Source: Octopus sinensis (Eukaryota). Taken from it: a stretch of DNA of 64,000 bases. A program made the position numbers and the translations under genes. The stretch is taken from contig NC_043015.1 in NCBI RefSeq assembly GCF_006345805.1, positions 9,114,001 to 9,178,000 on the forward strand, written 5' to 3'. Positions within the stretch are counted from its first letter, which is position 1. The number at the start of each line of letters is the position of its first letter. Below the pieces are notes generated by a model that worked only from the letters and a program-made list of their open reading frames with translations, was not told where the DNA came from and searched no databases. Shown piece by piece: positions 36,541-50,630 of the stretch.

Positions 36541-38769
36541 GTAAATGGTATAAATTCATAAACATAACATAAACTTAAAGGAATACACATATTAGTGTTT
36601 GTATGACTAGTGTTTTTAGGATTAGTCAGTCCGTTGGTAGCTTAACCATTTCCCATGCCCCAGTCACTGTCAAAATAATTCTTTTTAAACAATCTATGCT
36701 TGTGTGTGTGTGTGTTTCCGCGTGCGTTTTTTCACATATTCATTTGATTCTCAGGAGTTAACTGAGATAAAAAGGCACGGGGGCTGTTCTGCAACAGGCT
36801 TCCAAGCGGGGTTCGAAAATTACCCCTCTTTATAGGGAGAGAATAAGACTCAAATTAATATCTATTTAGAGTACAAGTTAAGCAGTAGAGGATGATCAAA
36901 TGATTAGGTTTAGAAATACTTGCACTTTCTCCGATACGTCCACTGCGTTGATACCATGTAACAATATATTTTGAGCTGAACGTGAACACATAGAGAAGAA
37001 TGGGTGTGTATAATAACAGTCCCAAAATGTCAGGAGGTTTGAAAAATTTATTCTGTCAGGTGGTAGAGGAGGCAGGTTCTGCTCGTACGTAGCATAGATA
37101 TCATTTGTATGTATGTACATTGGCATAACTGTTCGTCACTAAATTCTTGCCTTTTGTCATGCGCCAAAAATATATCATAGTGCCCAAAGTTTAGTTCATT
37201 GGTAGCGTAAATTCAACATGCCAATGAAATTGAAAATAACGTAGACAGCGTAATAGGACTCAGAGAAAAGACCTTTAAGAGTCGGTTTATGCAATGACTT
37301 TTCACATGATTCGTAACGATAGCAGAAAGAATTTAACATCGCGTTTTAAATATATCTGCTACCTAAATGAGAACAATCCTTCTACTAAGTGGAGCATGTT
37401 AGCTAAAGTAGGTGTAATTAAATATAGTACATATAATGGATGTGATACAAAATGTAATCGGTTTCCAAACCAGCAACTGCAAATCCTGTCTCCAACAACA
37501 TTATGAAAGAAATATTTGGCCGTCATCTGCATGTGAAGAGATTCATTCTACAAGCATTTAAACATATTCCTCCTTCAGACGAATTCCATCTACAATCAGG
37601 ATGACAGTAAACTCGAAATAAGATTTCTAGTCTTGGAACCCCACTTTCAATTTTTAACATAATTTCTGTCTACGCCGTCATGACCCTAAACACCATTTTC
37701 ATTATAATTGCTCCACCATTTTGTCGATGGCTTTATCATTCCCATTACAGGCATCAGTACATATACATTTTACACTACCATGGCCTAATCCACAGTACAA
37801 TCATATCTGTAAACAATTCCCCTTTATTCAATATTTGGCGATCACTTGTTTCACTGTTATTTCGGTGTCTTCGTTTGTTCGAGGCATCATCGTCGTTGAT
37901 TTAATCTTAATTTAGTTGATTTAAATTATTTCCAAATGTCATGTCTTATCAAACTGTTGAACTATTCATGTTTTTTGTACTACTTTCTCTCATTTTCTCT
38001 GGCATATATTTTTCGTATTTTACTGTTTTGCAGTTTTCTGTCAATAAATTTATAATTCTTATGAAATCTTTCAATAACCTCACATTCCCATATTTGAAAG
38101 TTATAGTTCTATCCTAATCTGACTTTGATTTTGCTAATCAGCTTTTTCCTAATCATTTTTTGTCTATAATCCTTTTTCCAATACATTTACAATATTTAAA
38201 AAATTCTTACGGACATTATTGATTCCCCAAAGAGTGTCGTTTCCAATTTTATTGCACCGTTTGTCTACATAATTACCGGATTTCAGTTCTTTTACTCTTC
38301 TTGTAATACTGACAATTACTTCAACTCAGTACCCCAATTGCTAAGAGTTCATTTCTTTTAAATTTCCATGTGTCTCAATTTTCTTCAATCATTTCTTTCA
38401 TTAATTTCCAAAAGTTTATTCACATTGAAACTCGGTTCAATCCAAAAGTCCTTTAATTAATGTCATCTATATTTTGGTTACTATTTTGTCGTTTAACCTG
38501 AATGTGAATCAGCACTGCTTCCGTTTGAGCTGGCATGTTTTTATTCTTCCTTCATTATTTCAAATGTGACACGAGCAGGTAGTCTAAACTCTATGCTTCA
38601 GAAACATGTAACATTTTTGTAATTTACCATTTCTCACCCTATTTTACCTTACATATTCTTTACCATTTGGCTACGTGCACTTTTTGTGACAGTTAACGCC
38701 AATGTGTAAACAAACACACACACACACGTTAACACACTGAGACACACACACACACACACACACACACAC

Positions 38770-38825
<56 letters not shown>

Positions 38826-38958
38826 TGTTTAAGTGTATAATAATAATAGTAGGGAATATAATTCTAATTCTAAAAGTTACACGGAAAAATTCAATTTAAC
38901 AATTTTAAATCAAATTTCACAATATATAATATATGTATACAATTGAGAGAAAAAGCTT

Positions 38959-39170
38959 TATTAAACAATTCAATAAAGAAAGATGTTATTCAAACCATAT
39001 AGAAAACATATAGTATAAAAACCTTATTCTAAAATTCAATAAAATACAATAAATAGTAAATAGTAGTATTTACTATCTATAGTACTTTATTGATTTTTAG
39101 AAAAAGGTTTTTATAGTATATGTTTTCTATACTGCGTGAATAACATCTTTCTTTATTGAATTGTTTAATA
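38959..39170. repeat. AT-rich imperfect palindrome of about 210 bp (foldback/MITE-like)
   Basis: tattaaacaattcaataaagaaagatgttattca... pairs with ...tgaataacatctttctttattgaattgtttaata; centre near 39062. Confidence 0.85.
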
Positions 39171-39216
39171 GAGGTTTCTCTCTAAATTATTTACATACGT
39201 ATATGTGTGTATACAT

Positions 39217-39279
<63 letters not shown>

Positions 39280-40484
39280 GTGTGTGTGTTTGTGTGTTTG
39301 TGTGTATGAATATATGTATATATATATATATATATACACGTACAAAGAGAGACAGAGAAAGAAAGAGAGAGAGGTATAGGTATAAATAGGTAGTGGGACA
39401 ATGTAATATCAGCTATAGAATGAAAATATGAATACAAAGATGTAGAAACCAATAAAATCACTACAGCTGTTAGTTTACGGTGAAACTTAATAAGATGCCA
39501 CTCTGTGGCTAACACGAAAGAATATGAGAATTATATAATTTTCCTTTCTCGAAATCCCTAGTTATTTTTCATAATATTGTGTCTATCACAGTTTTTTATC
39601 CAGAAGAATTCCACTAGAAACATCCCTTATATCGGCTGTATCTGAATATATGCAGATAAGGCTACAAGAGTAATTCCTGGCCGAAAATACAAAAGATGTA
39701 TATGAATTTATTCTAAACGAAAATAGTAAATCAATTTATTTTCGGCTGTTTTTTATTATTGTTAAATCCGTTTTAGATTTTTCCATATGTATGTAGCCAA
39801 CCTAGCAAATTTCACACTATGGAATTTTATAGTTTGATGAAAAGTTAAAATAGACGATGTTCAGTGTTAATCAATTGTCTGCTTTTGAAGTCGCCTGAAG
39901 AAATATAGAAAACATTTACAAGCCAATGAATAATGGAAATGAATTGATTATCGATTTCTTCCTGCTTTGCAAAACGAATTGTAATCTAATTTTTATATCT
40001 CATAATTTTTATTTAATCTGTTATTTCGTTTTTCAGATTATTACGGATTATTTACAGAGTTAATAGTTTAATTTATCTAACCGGAAACTTGCACTTCATT
40101 ACGTAAATGTATACATTATAGTATGAGATATACTTATGTTCGATTCTTAGAAAATAACTAGGTTACAATGAAAGAAATATTTATATAAGGAAATAGCAAA
40201 ATTTTAATTGATCCACGAATGGGAAACAGTATTGTAAATATTCAGAAACATATCTTGCCATTAGATAATTCCTCATTGCGGAAATTAATGAACAATTCAG
40301 GAATGTTCCATTTTCTACCTCCACTGTTGACCTGTCTACAATTTTCTGGAAGTTAATCAGAACGGAAGTTGATTTAAATTGTTATACAGCTACACAATTG
40401 CAAGTTTATAATCATCTTATGTACATGCAATTTCATTAGAGATATTTGCAATTTCTTTTCCAAAGAAAAACGTAAATGTATGTA

Positions 40485-40540
40485 TGTTTGTATGTATGTA
40501 TGTATGTATGTATGTATGTATGTATGTATGTATGTATGTA
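40485..40540. repeat. (TATG)n microsatellite
   Basis: Read directly from the sequence. Confidence 0.9.
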
Positions 40541-40670
40541 TACATATATATAAATATATATTTATATGTACAGGCATATATATACATACATATATACATA
40601 AATACATATATGTATATGTACTTATGCGTGTTGTAATATATATATATATATACATATATATATGCATATA

Positions 40671-40980
40671 GGAGGCTCAATGGCCTAGTGGTTAGGGCAG
40701 CGGACTCGCGGTCGTAGAATCGCGGTTTCGATTCCCAGAGCGGGCGTTGTGAGTGTTTATTGAGCGAAAACACCTAAAGCTCCACGAGGCTCCGGGAGGG
40801 GGTGGTGGCGATCCCTGCTGTATTCTTTCGCCACAACTTTCTCTCATTCTATCTTCTGTTGGCCTGCTCGCTTAGCCAGCGGGGTGGCGTCATTTGAAGG
40901 CTAAAACAATGCGAAGCGCATTGTGACCAGCGATGTGTAACAACATCTGATGGTCTGGTCGATCACGGTGATCACGGTGA
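40671..40980 (+). mobile_element. SINE family C (tRNA-derived head, gatcacggt-type tail)
   Basis: A-box-like tggcctagtgg (40681-40691), B-box-like ggtttcgattcc, and 3' end gatcacggtgatcacggtga. Confidence 0.8.
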
Positions 40981-42682
40981 TATATGCATATATATATTCA
41001 TATATGAATAAAAATTTTAGACACATAATAGGACACATATATCCATACATACATGCGAGATTTTCAAAAACTGTTGCACTTTTATTGTTTGCAATCAAAT
41101 GAATATCCCTATTGGATAAGTGAAGCTAGTTCCAATAAGCACCATGTTAAAAACGTATTTTCTGTCCTTGTCCTGGATTGAAGTTTTGTTCTTTTTCCTG
41201 AATTGAAATGATCCATCACCTATATCCAGTTAATGATAATTTCACTTGAAACTAAAATCATCCCACACATGAAAATGCCCTCACTATCGTTGCATGTGTA
41301 TGTCATTTTAACTTCAGTTAATATTTTATCTCTGTATGGATGAAGTTGCTCGCAATGCATTGTTTAGTTTTTGTAAAGACATTAAAAATTCCAGCAACTT
41401 GGCAGTTTCTGAAATCAGAGAAAAAGTTATGCATTTTTTTTACACAACCGTACATAGAATATAATCTTAATCATTGGTAATATAAATGTGTATTTGTAAA
41501 CAAATTAGCGTTATGTTGATAATTATTTTATCTTAAACTACTTTAACAGAGGATGCAGCTTTGATGTAACTTTAATATGTTGAAATTTTTCACATTTCAT
41601 CACACGAATAATATTCTGATTGAAGTTCAGTAATTGCTTGGCGAGGGAATTATTATCTTCGTTTAATTACGATGAATTTTCATTTTAAATTTCAGTTCTC
41701 AAGAATGATTCCACACTCTTAGATATATGTATCGAATGTATGACGAGAAACCAAGGCACGCAATCAAAGCTAATTTGCTTAAACACATAGAAAACATGGT
41801 GTAACTTTAACTTTCTTCACACCTTTCCATCTGACATCGGTCTATACAGAGAAAACACTAGGTGAAAATATTCGTCGTCTTGATATTTGGAAATGTCTTT
41901 CCAAGTGGCTTATATCTGTGCAACCGGTAACATCTATAGATATATAGAAAAAAAATGAAAAAAACAGGGAATTGTTAGTTTAAGTACAATATCTGTGTGC
42001 AGTATAAAATAAAAGAAGCAATAATGCTTAGGTATCACCCGAAAAAAATATAGAATCGGGAGTGCATCTTGATTCATAAATCTCACATATCCATATATAA
42101 TGTATGTGTGGCTAGTTGTGTGTTGGTGTTTTTGTGTGTGTGTATTTATTTGTTTAGTGGGAGTCATAAACAATGTCATGGGAACTAGTTTTGCTTTCAT
42201 ATTCAATAATTGGAAATGCTTTCCGGATGGTAAGTCTTTTCGCTGTTGTGATAATTCTGGTTGAAATTTGTAACATGTGATTTAACACGTAAACCTTTAT
42301 ACAACGCTTCTTCGGGTAACATTAATTATGTAAATCTGACATGACCAAGCTGTATAGCACACTAGCAAGCTTTCCGTCGTTTCGTGCCTGTTCAACTTGT
42401 ACATAATAGATTAGCTTCTCACAGGCAAAGAAGCGGCACGACATAGAAATGTGTCGACCATTCACAGCCCCAAATAAATTTGCTCACACATGTTGGGATT
42501 ATCTCTGCACAGAAAAATTTCATGATGTCTGAATACAGTTCAATGTGTTAAACATGAGAAGACAATGAGATTAGAAAATCGACAAGGTTCGAAAATGTAT
42601 TTCGCAATTTTCAATCTACGGAGAAATATTTAAATTTGCTCAGATATATGTTTCATACATCAATAATATATAGATTTCAAGT

Positions 42683-42882
42683 TTTGGCATAAATCCAGTC
42701 ATTTCGGGACTGGAGGCAAGTCGATTACATCGACTTCAGCGATCAAATAGGACTTATGTTATCGAACCCTAAAGGATAAAAAGCAAAGTTGACCTCGGTG
42801 ATATTTAAACTCAGATTGCGAAGGCAGACGAAATAGCGCTAAACTTTTGCGCGGAGTGTTAATGATTCAAACAACTTGTCGC
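42683..42882 (-). mobile_element. SINE family B, diverged
   Basis: aagtcgattacatcgac...aaaggataaaaagcaaagttgacctcgg...gcagacgaaatagc. Confidence 0.75.
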
Positions 42883-44399
42883 AATATACAACACTTACAT
42901 AAAACACAACATAGCTTGATGCTTTATGGATTGATTATCTATATCTTATGATGATGCTTGGAGTGACAGGTCGCTGATACTAAATAAAGTGTTAAATATT
43001 TATAGTATGCAAATAAATCGGTGTAGTTCTCTGAAGCACCTCGATTTTAGTTGATATTGTCATTGATAGTCTGCTTTTTTTACTAAGATTCAAGTGATGT
43101 TGACACAAATGATCATGACTCAGGGTTCGTAAATTAATTGAAGCTGTTCCTAATCGTTTCAATCAACAAAGATATAGTTAATTTGCCCTTCAAATACATA
43201 GTTAATTTACGCAGATTAAACACACACACAACATATATATGCACAGGCAGATAATGAGACGCAAATACAGAGACAGATACAATCAAACACACACACACAA
43301 CAGTATATATATATATATATTATATATATATATAATATATATATATATTTACAAACATATATACCTATATATATATATATATATATATATATTAATATAT
43401 ATGCATATGTATTCCCTGTACCTAAACTATCCCTTCAGATTTACTACTAAGTACCTGGCTATCAGGCATTCACAAAGAAGAAAGAGAGAGAGAGAGATAG
43501 AGAGAGAGAGATAGAGAGAGAGAGAGGAGAGAGAGAGAGATAGTGAGTGAGACCGCCTGAAAACTATGGAAATATTTACCTATTCAAAGACTATAACAAT
43601 ATCTATAATACATTTCACTTCATAATTTTCTCCAAATTAAATTTCATTTTCGTTTTACTTTTAGTTGATAAGTCTAAAGAGAGGGGCCAAGGATTCCAAG
43701 AAGGTTTCGATGATCTAAGATGTTTAGGGATCCCTGGTCTTTGTACTTACAGACATAGCTTAGTTGACTTCGGGGAAGTCTGCGTCAATCTCACATATAA
43801 ATCTCAATGTATTTCTACAGCAAAATCTATGTTTGTAGGCGCTTAGGATGAAACTATACTCATACTACCCACCTCAAAATCTGTGAGGTCGTTGGAGTTG
43901 GTGCAACTGCTGGTTTTAGGGAGATCCTCCGTGCTCAAACAGACGTCCGGGGACATTTCAATGAGTGGTTGTAACACCCTTACGAGGAAATAGGATAACC
44001 TATAATTTCGGGGGTTGATCGCCTCGTAAACTGGCTGCTCTGGGGATCAGATATACGTAGGGTTTATGGTCCTTACCTAACCTGTACACACACACATACA
44101 TACACACGCACAAACATGAACACACAATCATGAATATGTAGAATTCATAAATACACATGTATACACACGCATACATATGTATATGCATACACATACATAG
44201 ATGCATACATACACACATACATACAACCATACATCCATATACATATGTTTGCACATGCACACTGAATCACACGCATTTGCACACCCAATCTAACAAAAAG
44301 AACGTAGCTCTGATAATGGACAGAGTTAATGTCTACCGAGGAAGTTGCAAGAAGCAGCCAAAATGTTTTACAAAATAAATAAGTAAATGATTGGAAATC

Positions 44400-45100
44400 G
44401 AACCTGTGTGTTAATTAATAAGGAGTTAAAACATAACGACTCTCCCCTGACACAATAAAATATTCTTCAACACACGAATACATATAAAGTATTTTGCAAA
44501 CCAGATACAAGAACGAAATAAAATAAGCTTTGGCGAATTAAAATAGCTAGCTGATTTCATTAAATCATGCATCTATTCCAGGCAACGCTCGAAACCTGTC
44601 AATACGGATTTCAAGCAGCTAGAATTCACAGAACATCAAGCAAGGACAAAATATCAAAAGGAAAATATACACAGAACATTACAAGACATCTAAAGGAAAA
44701 TATACGCAGAAATCAACAAGTATCGGAAAACTAAGAGGGTCCTACTGCGTGATATAAAAAATATCAGTAAACCACACGAAAGGGACAGATTCATGACACA
44801 CATCCAACAAGAAAAACGTTGAAAAAGCCATACATGGAACAAATCCCTTAACAAGAAGCTGAAGTGAACAAAACTGCAACGACTACAATCTTAGCATCAT
44901 AAGAAATAACACAGATACCCATACAATATCGACGGGATTTTCATGTGGAAATGTGAACTACCAGAGGAATTAGGTGCCATGACACCGAAAAACAATACCA
45001 CCACCGCCACTGACAACAACAATCGTTTGGGGATGAGACGGTGGTGGATGCAGCCACTGAGAAATGAAACGTGACTAAAGAACCGTATGTTTTTGAAAAT
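44400..45100 (+). pseudogene. Possible Penelope-like ORF 3' remnant (GIY-YIG-like)
   Basis: A-rich decayed coding-like stretch; QGQNIKRKIYTEHYK weakly recalls the GQT.R....R..EH motif. It lies near a hammerhead remnant (45.8 kb) and an inverted repeat (46.3-47.05 kb). Confidence 0.25.
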
Positions 45101-46338
45101 CAGCAGGGCAAAATTAAAAGGAGTTTGAAAACAGCAGAAAGGGATGTGGAAAAGTGTTCCTTTAGGCGGGGGTGAAGGGTAGAGGAGGAAAGATTTGCAA
45201 TCAGGCATGATTGAAAAAGGAGAAAAATAAAGAGAGAGAAAGGTAAAATAAAGACGTACGGAGTATAAAAGATAGAAACAAAAATTCAAAAGGTGTGTGC
45301 AGAAAAATATAAATGGCAGGAGGAGAAGAAAATTAAAAAAGAGAAGAGGTAGAAGAAAAACAGAAACAATGAGAAAAGAAAAAGAAAGGAAAATAGAAGA
45401 GGAAAAAAGAAAAGGAGACATAGAGAGAGGCAAAGTAACGACGTCTGGATTAAGAGAAAATAGAGTATGAAAAAACAGAATAGGTAAAACCAGTAATTTC
45501 GAAAAAGTTCAAGAAAGTTCAAAAAGGTTCAAACGTTGTGGTGTATTTTAGCGGTTTTTCATAAAGGGAATAATCCAGTGAAATCCCTTTTTTATCCAGT
45601 AGTACTCCAGGTAGAATGCTTGTGTGTAAATGAGGAGAGGTGCAAAAATTCCAGGTAGAGGTTCCAAGTGTAGGAGGTTAAAACATGATAAAACAGGTGC
45701 GAACACATGAGCGTGTAATATATGGTTGAAATTTACAGAAAGACAAAAGACGATGATAACTGTATAAACAACAAACAAGTGCATTATTTTAACGCTCGAA
45801 AAGTTGAGAAAGGCTTGCACGTTTCGAGCCGACGTCTTTCAAGAGAAAGGAACACAAGGAAATAAAAAGATTGAGATTAAAAAAAAAGCTTTTGTTTGTA
45901 GCGGTCAGTCACTCCTTTCTTTTTCCTTTCCTCTTGTTCCCGACGCCCCTAATTCTTCAGTCCATCTGCCCCTAATTCTCTCTTCTCCTTCCACTTGATC
46001 GGTGTTCCGCCAAGCCTGACCTTTCTTTCTTCGTTCGACTACCATCAGCGTAGCATCTCTTGTATTCTTTCCTATGACGTTCATATCGTATGACCCTGCT
46101 GTAAGGCTTCACTTCCACACAGCCTAGTTTAATTTAATTCGTCCTTAGTAGTAAGGCACCTGCTGTTGGTATCCGGTTCTTTGTATTTGTAATTGCGTAC
46201 ACTTTCTCGTCCAAATTTTCGTATACATTCCCTTGCTTCCATCCAAGGAATCTCAAGGAATCTCAAGGAATCTCATTCTTGGGCCGGCCAGATTGGAACA
46301 TTCTCCATTGTAACCGTCCGAAACTGCTAACATAATCA

Positions 46339-47052
46339 GTACATACCACATACCTGAACACAGAATATATGTACTCCCACACCTTCACAAGCACATAATA
46401 CAAGAACAGAGACAATATACACACACGCGCAACACGCATAAACACATATAGTTCACATTTACAAAAGACAAAATGCGGAAACATGTCTAGGAACAACATG
46501 CAGGTGCATTAAGTGTATTAGTTTAACGCAGGAGAAAAAAACGGAAAAGTCTTTTATGTTTCAATCCTACGATCTTCGATAGAAATGAATAAGAGGGCAA
46601 ATTAGACAGACAACGAAAAACCGGAGAAACACTTTATAGAGTTCAGCCGTCCAGCATGGCGGGATGGCTAGACAAGAAGAATTTGAATGAATGGGAGATC
46701 ATAATGGTGATCCCAAAGAGTTCAGGTGCGCAAGCGTGTATGTGCATGTGAGAATAGTGTGAGTGGACTTGACGTGTGTGTGCGTGTGTAACGTGTATGT
46801 GTGTGTGTGTGTGTTGTATGTAGCAGTTGATGGTTGCTTTATTGAGTGGTACGTGGACATGTGTATGTGTATGACTCTCTGAAAGAATAATGTGCATATA
46901 TGTAGTTTTATGTTTGTGGGCGAACATTAAATTTGTCTTTCCATGTTGCGCGTGTTTATGCGTGTTGCGTATGTAGATATTGTCTCTGTTCTTGTATTTT
47001 ATGCTTTTGACGATGTGGGAGTATATATTGTCTGTGTTCAGGTAGTATGTAC
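46339..47052. repeat. Diverged inverted repeat, ~105-bp arms (46339-46445 and 46952-47052)
   Basis: acctgaacacag...tactcccaca...aatacaagaacagagacaatat...cgcaacacgcataaacac is found in both orientations. Confidence 0.75.
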
Positions 47053-47151
47053 CTGTGTGGGTGTTGGAGTGTGCATGAGGATGTGAGAATGTGTATGAGT
47101 GTGCGTGGTGTGTACTGAGTTAAACAATATGTGTGGCGGTATAGCGGTATT

Positions 47152-47387
47152 GCGGCGAGCTGGCAGAAACATTAGCACGCCGGGCGAAATGCGTAGCTGT
47201 ATTTCGTCTGCCGTTACGTTCTCAGTTCAAATTCCGCCGAGGTCGACTTTGCCTTTCATCCTTTCGGGGTCGATAAATTAAGTACCAGTTACACACTGGG
47301 GTTGATATAATCGACTTAATCCGTTTGTTTGTCCTTGTTTGTCCTCTCTGTGTTTAGCCTCTTGTGGGTAGTAAAGAAATAGGTATT
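47152..47387 (+). mobile_element. SINE family B, well-preserved copy
   Basis: gcggcgagctggcagaaacattagcacgccgggcg...gttcaaattcc (B-box-like)...gtcgataaattaagtaccag...gtaaagaaataggtatt. Confidence 0.9.
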
Positions 47388-47913
47388 GGTGGTGACGCTA
47401 TTGAAGATTGTGCGTGGATGTGTGAATAATTATGTATGGTGTCGGTTATGAGAAGTGGTCGGTGCTAGTGTGTAAAGTAGGAAGGTGTAATGGGAAGGTG
47501 TAGGAGTATTTTGTGAGTGTGTGTTTAATGATGAGTGAGTGATGAGTTGAACAGTGTTTATTGCTATTTGTATAGTGGTGCATGTTCGATGTGGATACCG
47601 ATGTAGGCGGCATGTAGATGTGTAGCGGAGTGGGCGAATTTGAATATGACTGTATATGGGAATCGCTGTGGGGTTACTGCCAGATGAAGAGAGGAGGTGA
47701 CTTGAGCCCTCACGTGTCAAACGAGCGATGAGCGAAGATCAGTTCTTGTTCACGACGAGTGTTGGACATCTATATCAACTTATATTAGTATATTCATGTT
47801 ACGACATGTACACTGGACGATAACGCGTCATTTTCCACACGCACTAGTCCGCATTTTTTACAAACTTGTGTCTCTATACCCTAATGTTACACTTTTCTGT
47901 ATCAATCTAGTCC

Positions 47914-48300
47914 TTTACTCTTTTACTCTTTTACTTGTTTCACTCATTTGACTGCGGCTATGCTGGAGCACCGCCTTTAGTCGGACTTATTCTTTGTAAG
48001 CCTAGTACTTATCCCATCGGTCTCTTTTACCGAAACGCTAATTTACGGGGACGTAAACACACCAACATCGGTTGTCATGCGATGCTGGGGGGACAAACAC
48101 AGACACACAAACGCACACGCATATACATACATATATACGACGGGCTTCTTTCAGTTTCCGTCTACCAAATCCACTCAGAAGGCTTTGGCCGGCCCGAGGC
48201 TATAGTAGAAGACACTTGCCCAAGGTACCACACAGTGAGACTGAACCCGGAACCATGCGGTTTGTAAGCGAGCTACTTACCACACAGCCACTCCTGCGCC
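47914..48300 (-). mobile_element. SINE family A
   Basis: (TTTTACTC)n tail through to ccacacagccactcctgcgcc. Confidence 0.95.
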
Positions 48301-49434
48301 ACAAAATTTCCCATTATCACCGTTTTATTACTTACTCAGGATATGTGAGTTTTCATATGTGTGTAAGTGGATGCGTGCACGTATGTTCATGCTTATTTTC
48401 TTCCTGTAGAGAAACTATACAATCCAATGTTCGGTATTACACGTTAAAGCAATACCTGAGAACTGAATATATTAAGTAGAAATTGATTGGATTAAATAAA
48501 CCAAAATAATCTAAGGATTAGAATCAGTAAGTTGGTAGAAAAGATGAAATAAATTAATAAAAAGCAACATACTAGTGCATGTATATAAATCGAAGGATCG
48601 AGGCAAAAGAGACAGGAAACAGTTTTAATCATACTGAGTAATGTTGTTCTCAGATTTCCAAATTAAAGAGATACACACATTTATTCACATTAGACATGTG
48701 TTGCATGTAGGCCAGCAATGCCAAATAAAACACATCACTATTGAATCTCTTGTTAGCGAGGGCAGCATCATAGCGTTTTACACTAAATTTTACAAATATC
48801 AGCATATATAATGGTTTGTGTAAATATATGTTTATATATGATACTTCAAGAATCATAATACGAATATCCTTTCAACAATTTGAGAATTATACTTAATATT
48901 TAGCATCTAAAATATTTACATGAAGTATTAAATATACACTCATCTATTTACATAAATCTGCATAATGTTGACAGCAGCTTTGAGACGGCCCATTGTCCAT
49001 CACGTTTAGTTTCATAGATTTTCGGAATATGTGTAGAATATATTATATGTATGGAAATACCTCTGGCTATAAAGTTTTATGTTTAACTTTTAAATATATT
49101 TGTACACAGCGTGCGTCTATTGATGCATATCGATTCGTCTGGAAATAATTCTTAACACAAAATATATTGCCTCCATTCGGAACAATCTGGATTTACCAAT
49201 GCAAATCGTATTAACATAATCAGTGTTAATTAAATTTCAATGAGATGACATCGATATATATATATATATATATATATACGAATGTGTATATATATATATA
49301 CATGCATGCACACACATACACACAAACATACACTGACACATAATGATTGATACTTAGATAAACACTTATATGAGTATATATACAAAAATCTATTTACATA
49401 CATATGCATACATAGTGGCATATATATGTATATA

Positions 49435-49492
<58 letters not shown>

Positions 49493-50012
49493 ATATATAT
49501 ATGATTGTTATATATATATATATATATATTGTTTTATATAGGTCAGTATAACGCAATTTTTGATAAAGTTTATACATGATATGCAAATGCACACATTGGT
49601 ATCATCGGATTTAAATATAGCTCCAAATAATCATTAGAATATCAACATACACACTTCATATTATTCATTTGTGACAATATGAGATATCGTTTGTCAACTT
49701 CCCTTACGGTTACTTTTTATGAAATTGTCATTGAAATTTTACTCATTGTTATGGTTGTGGCACGATTCTTTCATCCAAGGCAATATTTCCAAATTTCAAA
49801 TTTACATCAATACTACAGAGTGGAAATATGTTCAAATAAGTACGTATTTCCGTATTTTCCTGAACATTTCCCTGAATTTACAAAAATATGAGTCGGTATT
49901 TTTTCTGCATTCACGCGTTTTATCTATTCCTAATTCTGTTAGCAAATTCATGTATTTAGACTTCTACTTCTAAAGAATGTTTTGAAATAAGGTGAACTCT
50001 AGTCTCTATTAG

Positions 50013-50240
50013 TACTCTTTTACTCTTTTACTTGTTTCAGTCGTTTCACTGCGGCCATGCTGGATCACTGGCTTTAGTAGAGCAAATTGATCCCACGGCT
50101 TATTTGTTGTAAGCCTAGTACTTATTCTATCGGGTTCTATTGTCGAACCGCTAAGTTAGAGGGATGTAACACACCAGCATCGGTTGTCAAGCGATGTTGG
50201 GGGGACAAACACGGATACACAAAGAAATAGACACATACAG

Positions 50241-50308
<68 letters not shown>

Positions 50309-50459
50309 GACGGGTTTCTTCCAGTTTCCTTGTACCAAATCCAAGGCTTTGGTCGGCCCGAGGCTATAGTAGAAGACACTTGCCTAATGTGCTACGCAGT
50401 GGGACTAAACCCATGACCATGTGGTTGGTAAGCAAGTTACTTGCACACAACCACTCCTG
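50013..50459 (-). mobile_element. SINE family A
   Basis: Same tail, body and head as the other family A copies. Confidence 0.95.
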
Positions 50460-50630
50460 GATACATACATACATGCATACATATGTAGGCGCGTGTGTGT
50501 GTATAAGCAAATCAAAAATGAAAATAAAAACAGATAAAAGAAAATAGCAACAAAATTCAAAGGGAGATACACAAGGAATATAGCTGATTGTTGCATTGAG
50601 AAAGGTTAAAAAGGAAAAAAAAAATGTGGG

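Noticed and set aside
37500-38600. Strand-biased A-rich region as an LTR retrotransposon integrase remnant
   Set aside because: The composition is suggestive, but no diagnostic motif could be read with confidence.
40671-40745. Functional tRNA gene
   Set aside because: It has A/B-box-like motifs but no proper cloverleaf or acceptor stem, and it continues into a SINE body.
43970-44070. Possible HDV-like ribozyme at a LINE 5' UTR (ttacgagg/cctcgtaa pairing)
   Set aside because: I could not place P1, P3/L3, P1.1 or the catalytic C; only one 8-bp helix is evident.
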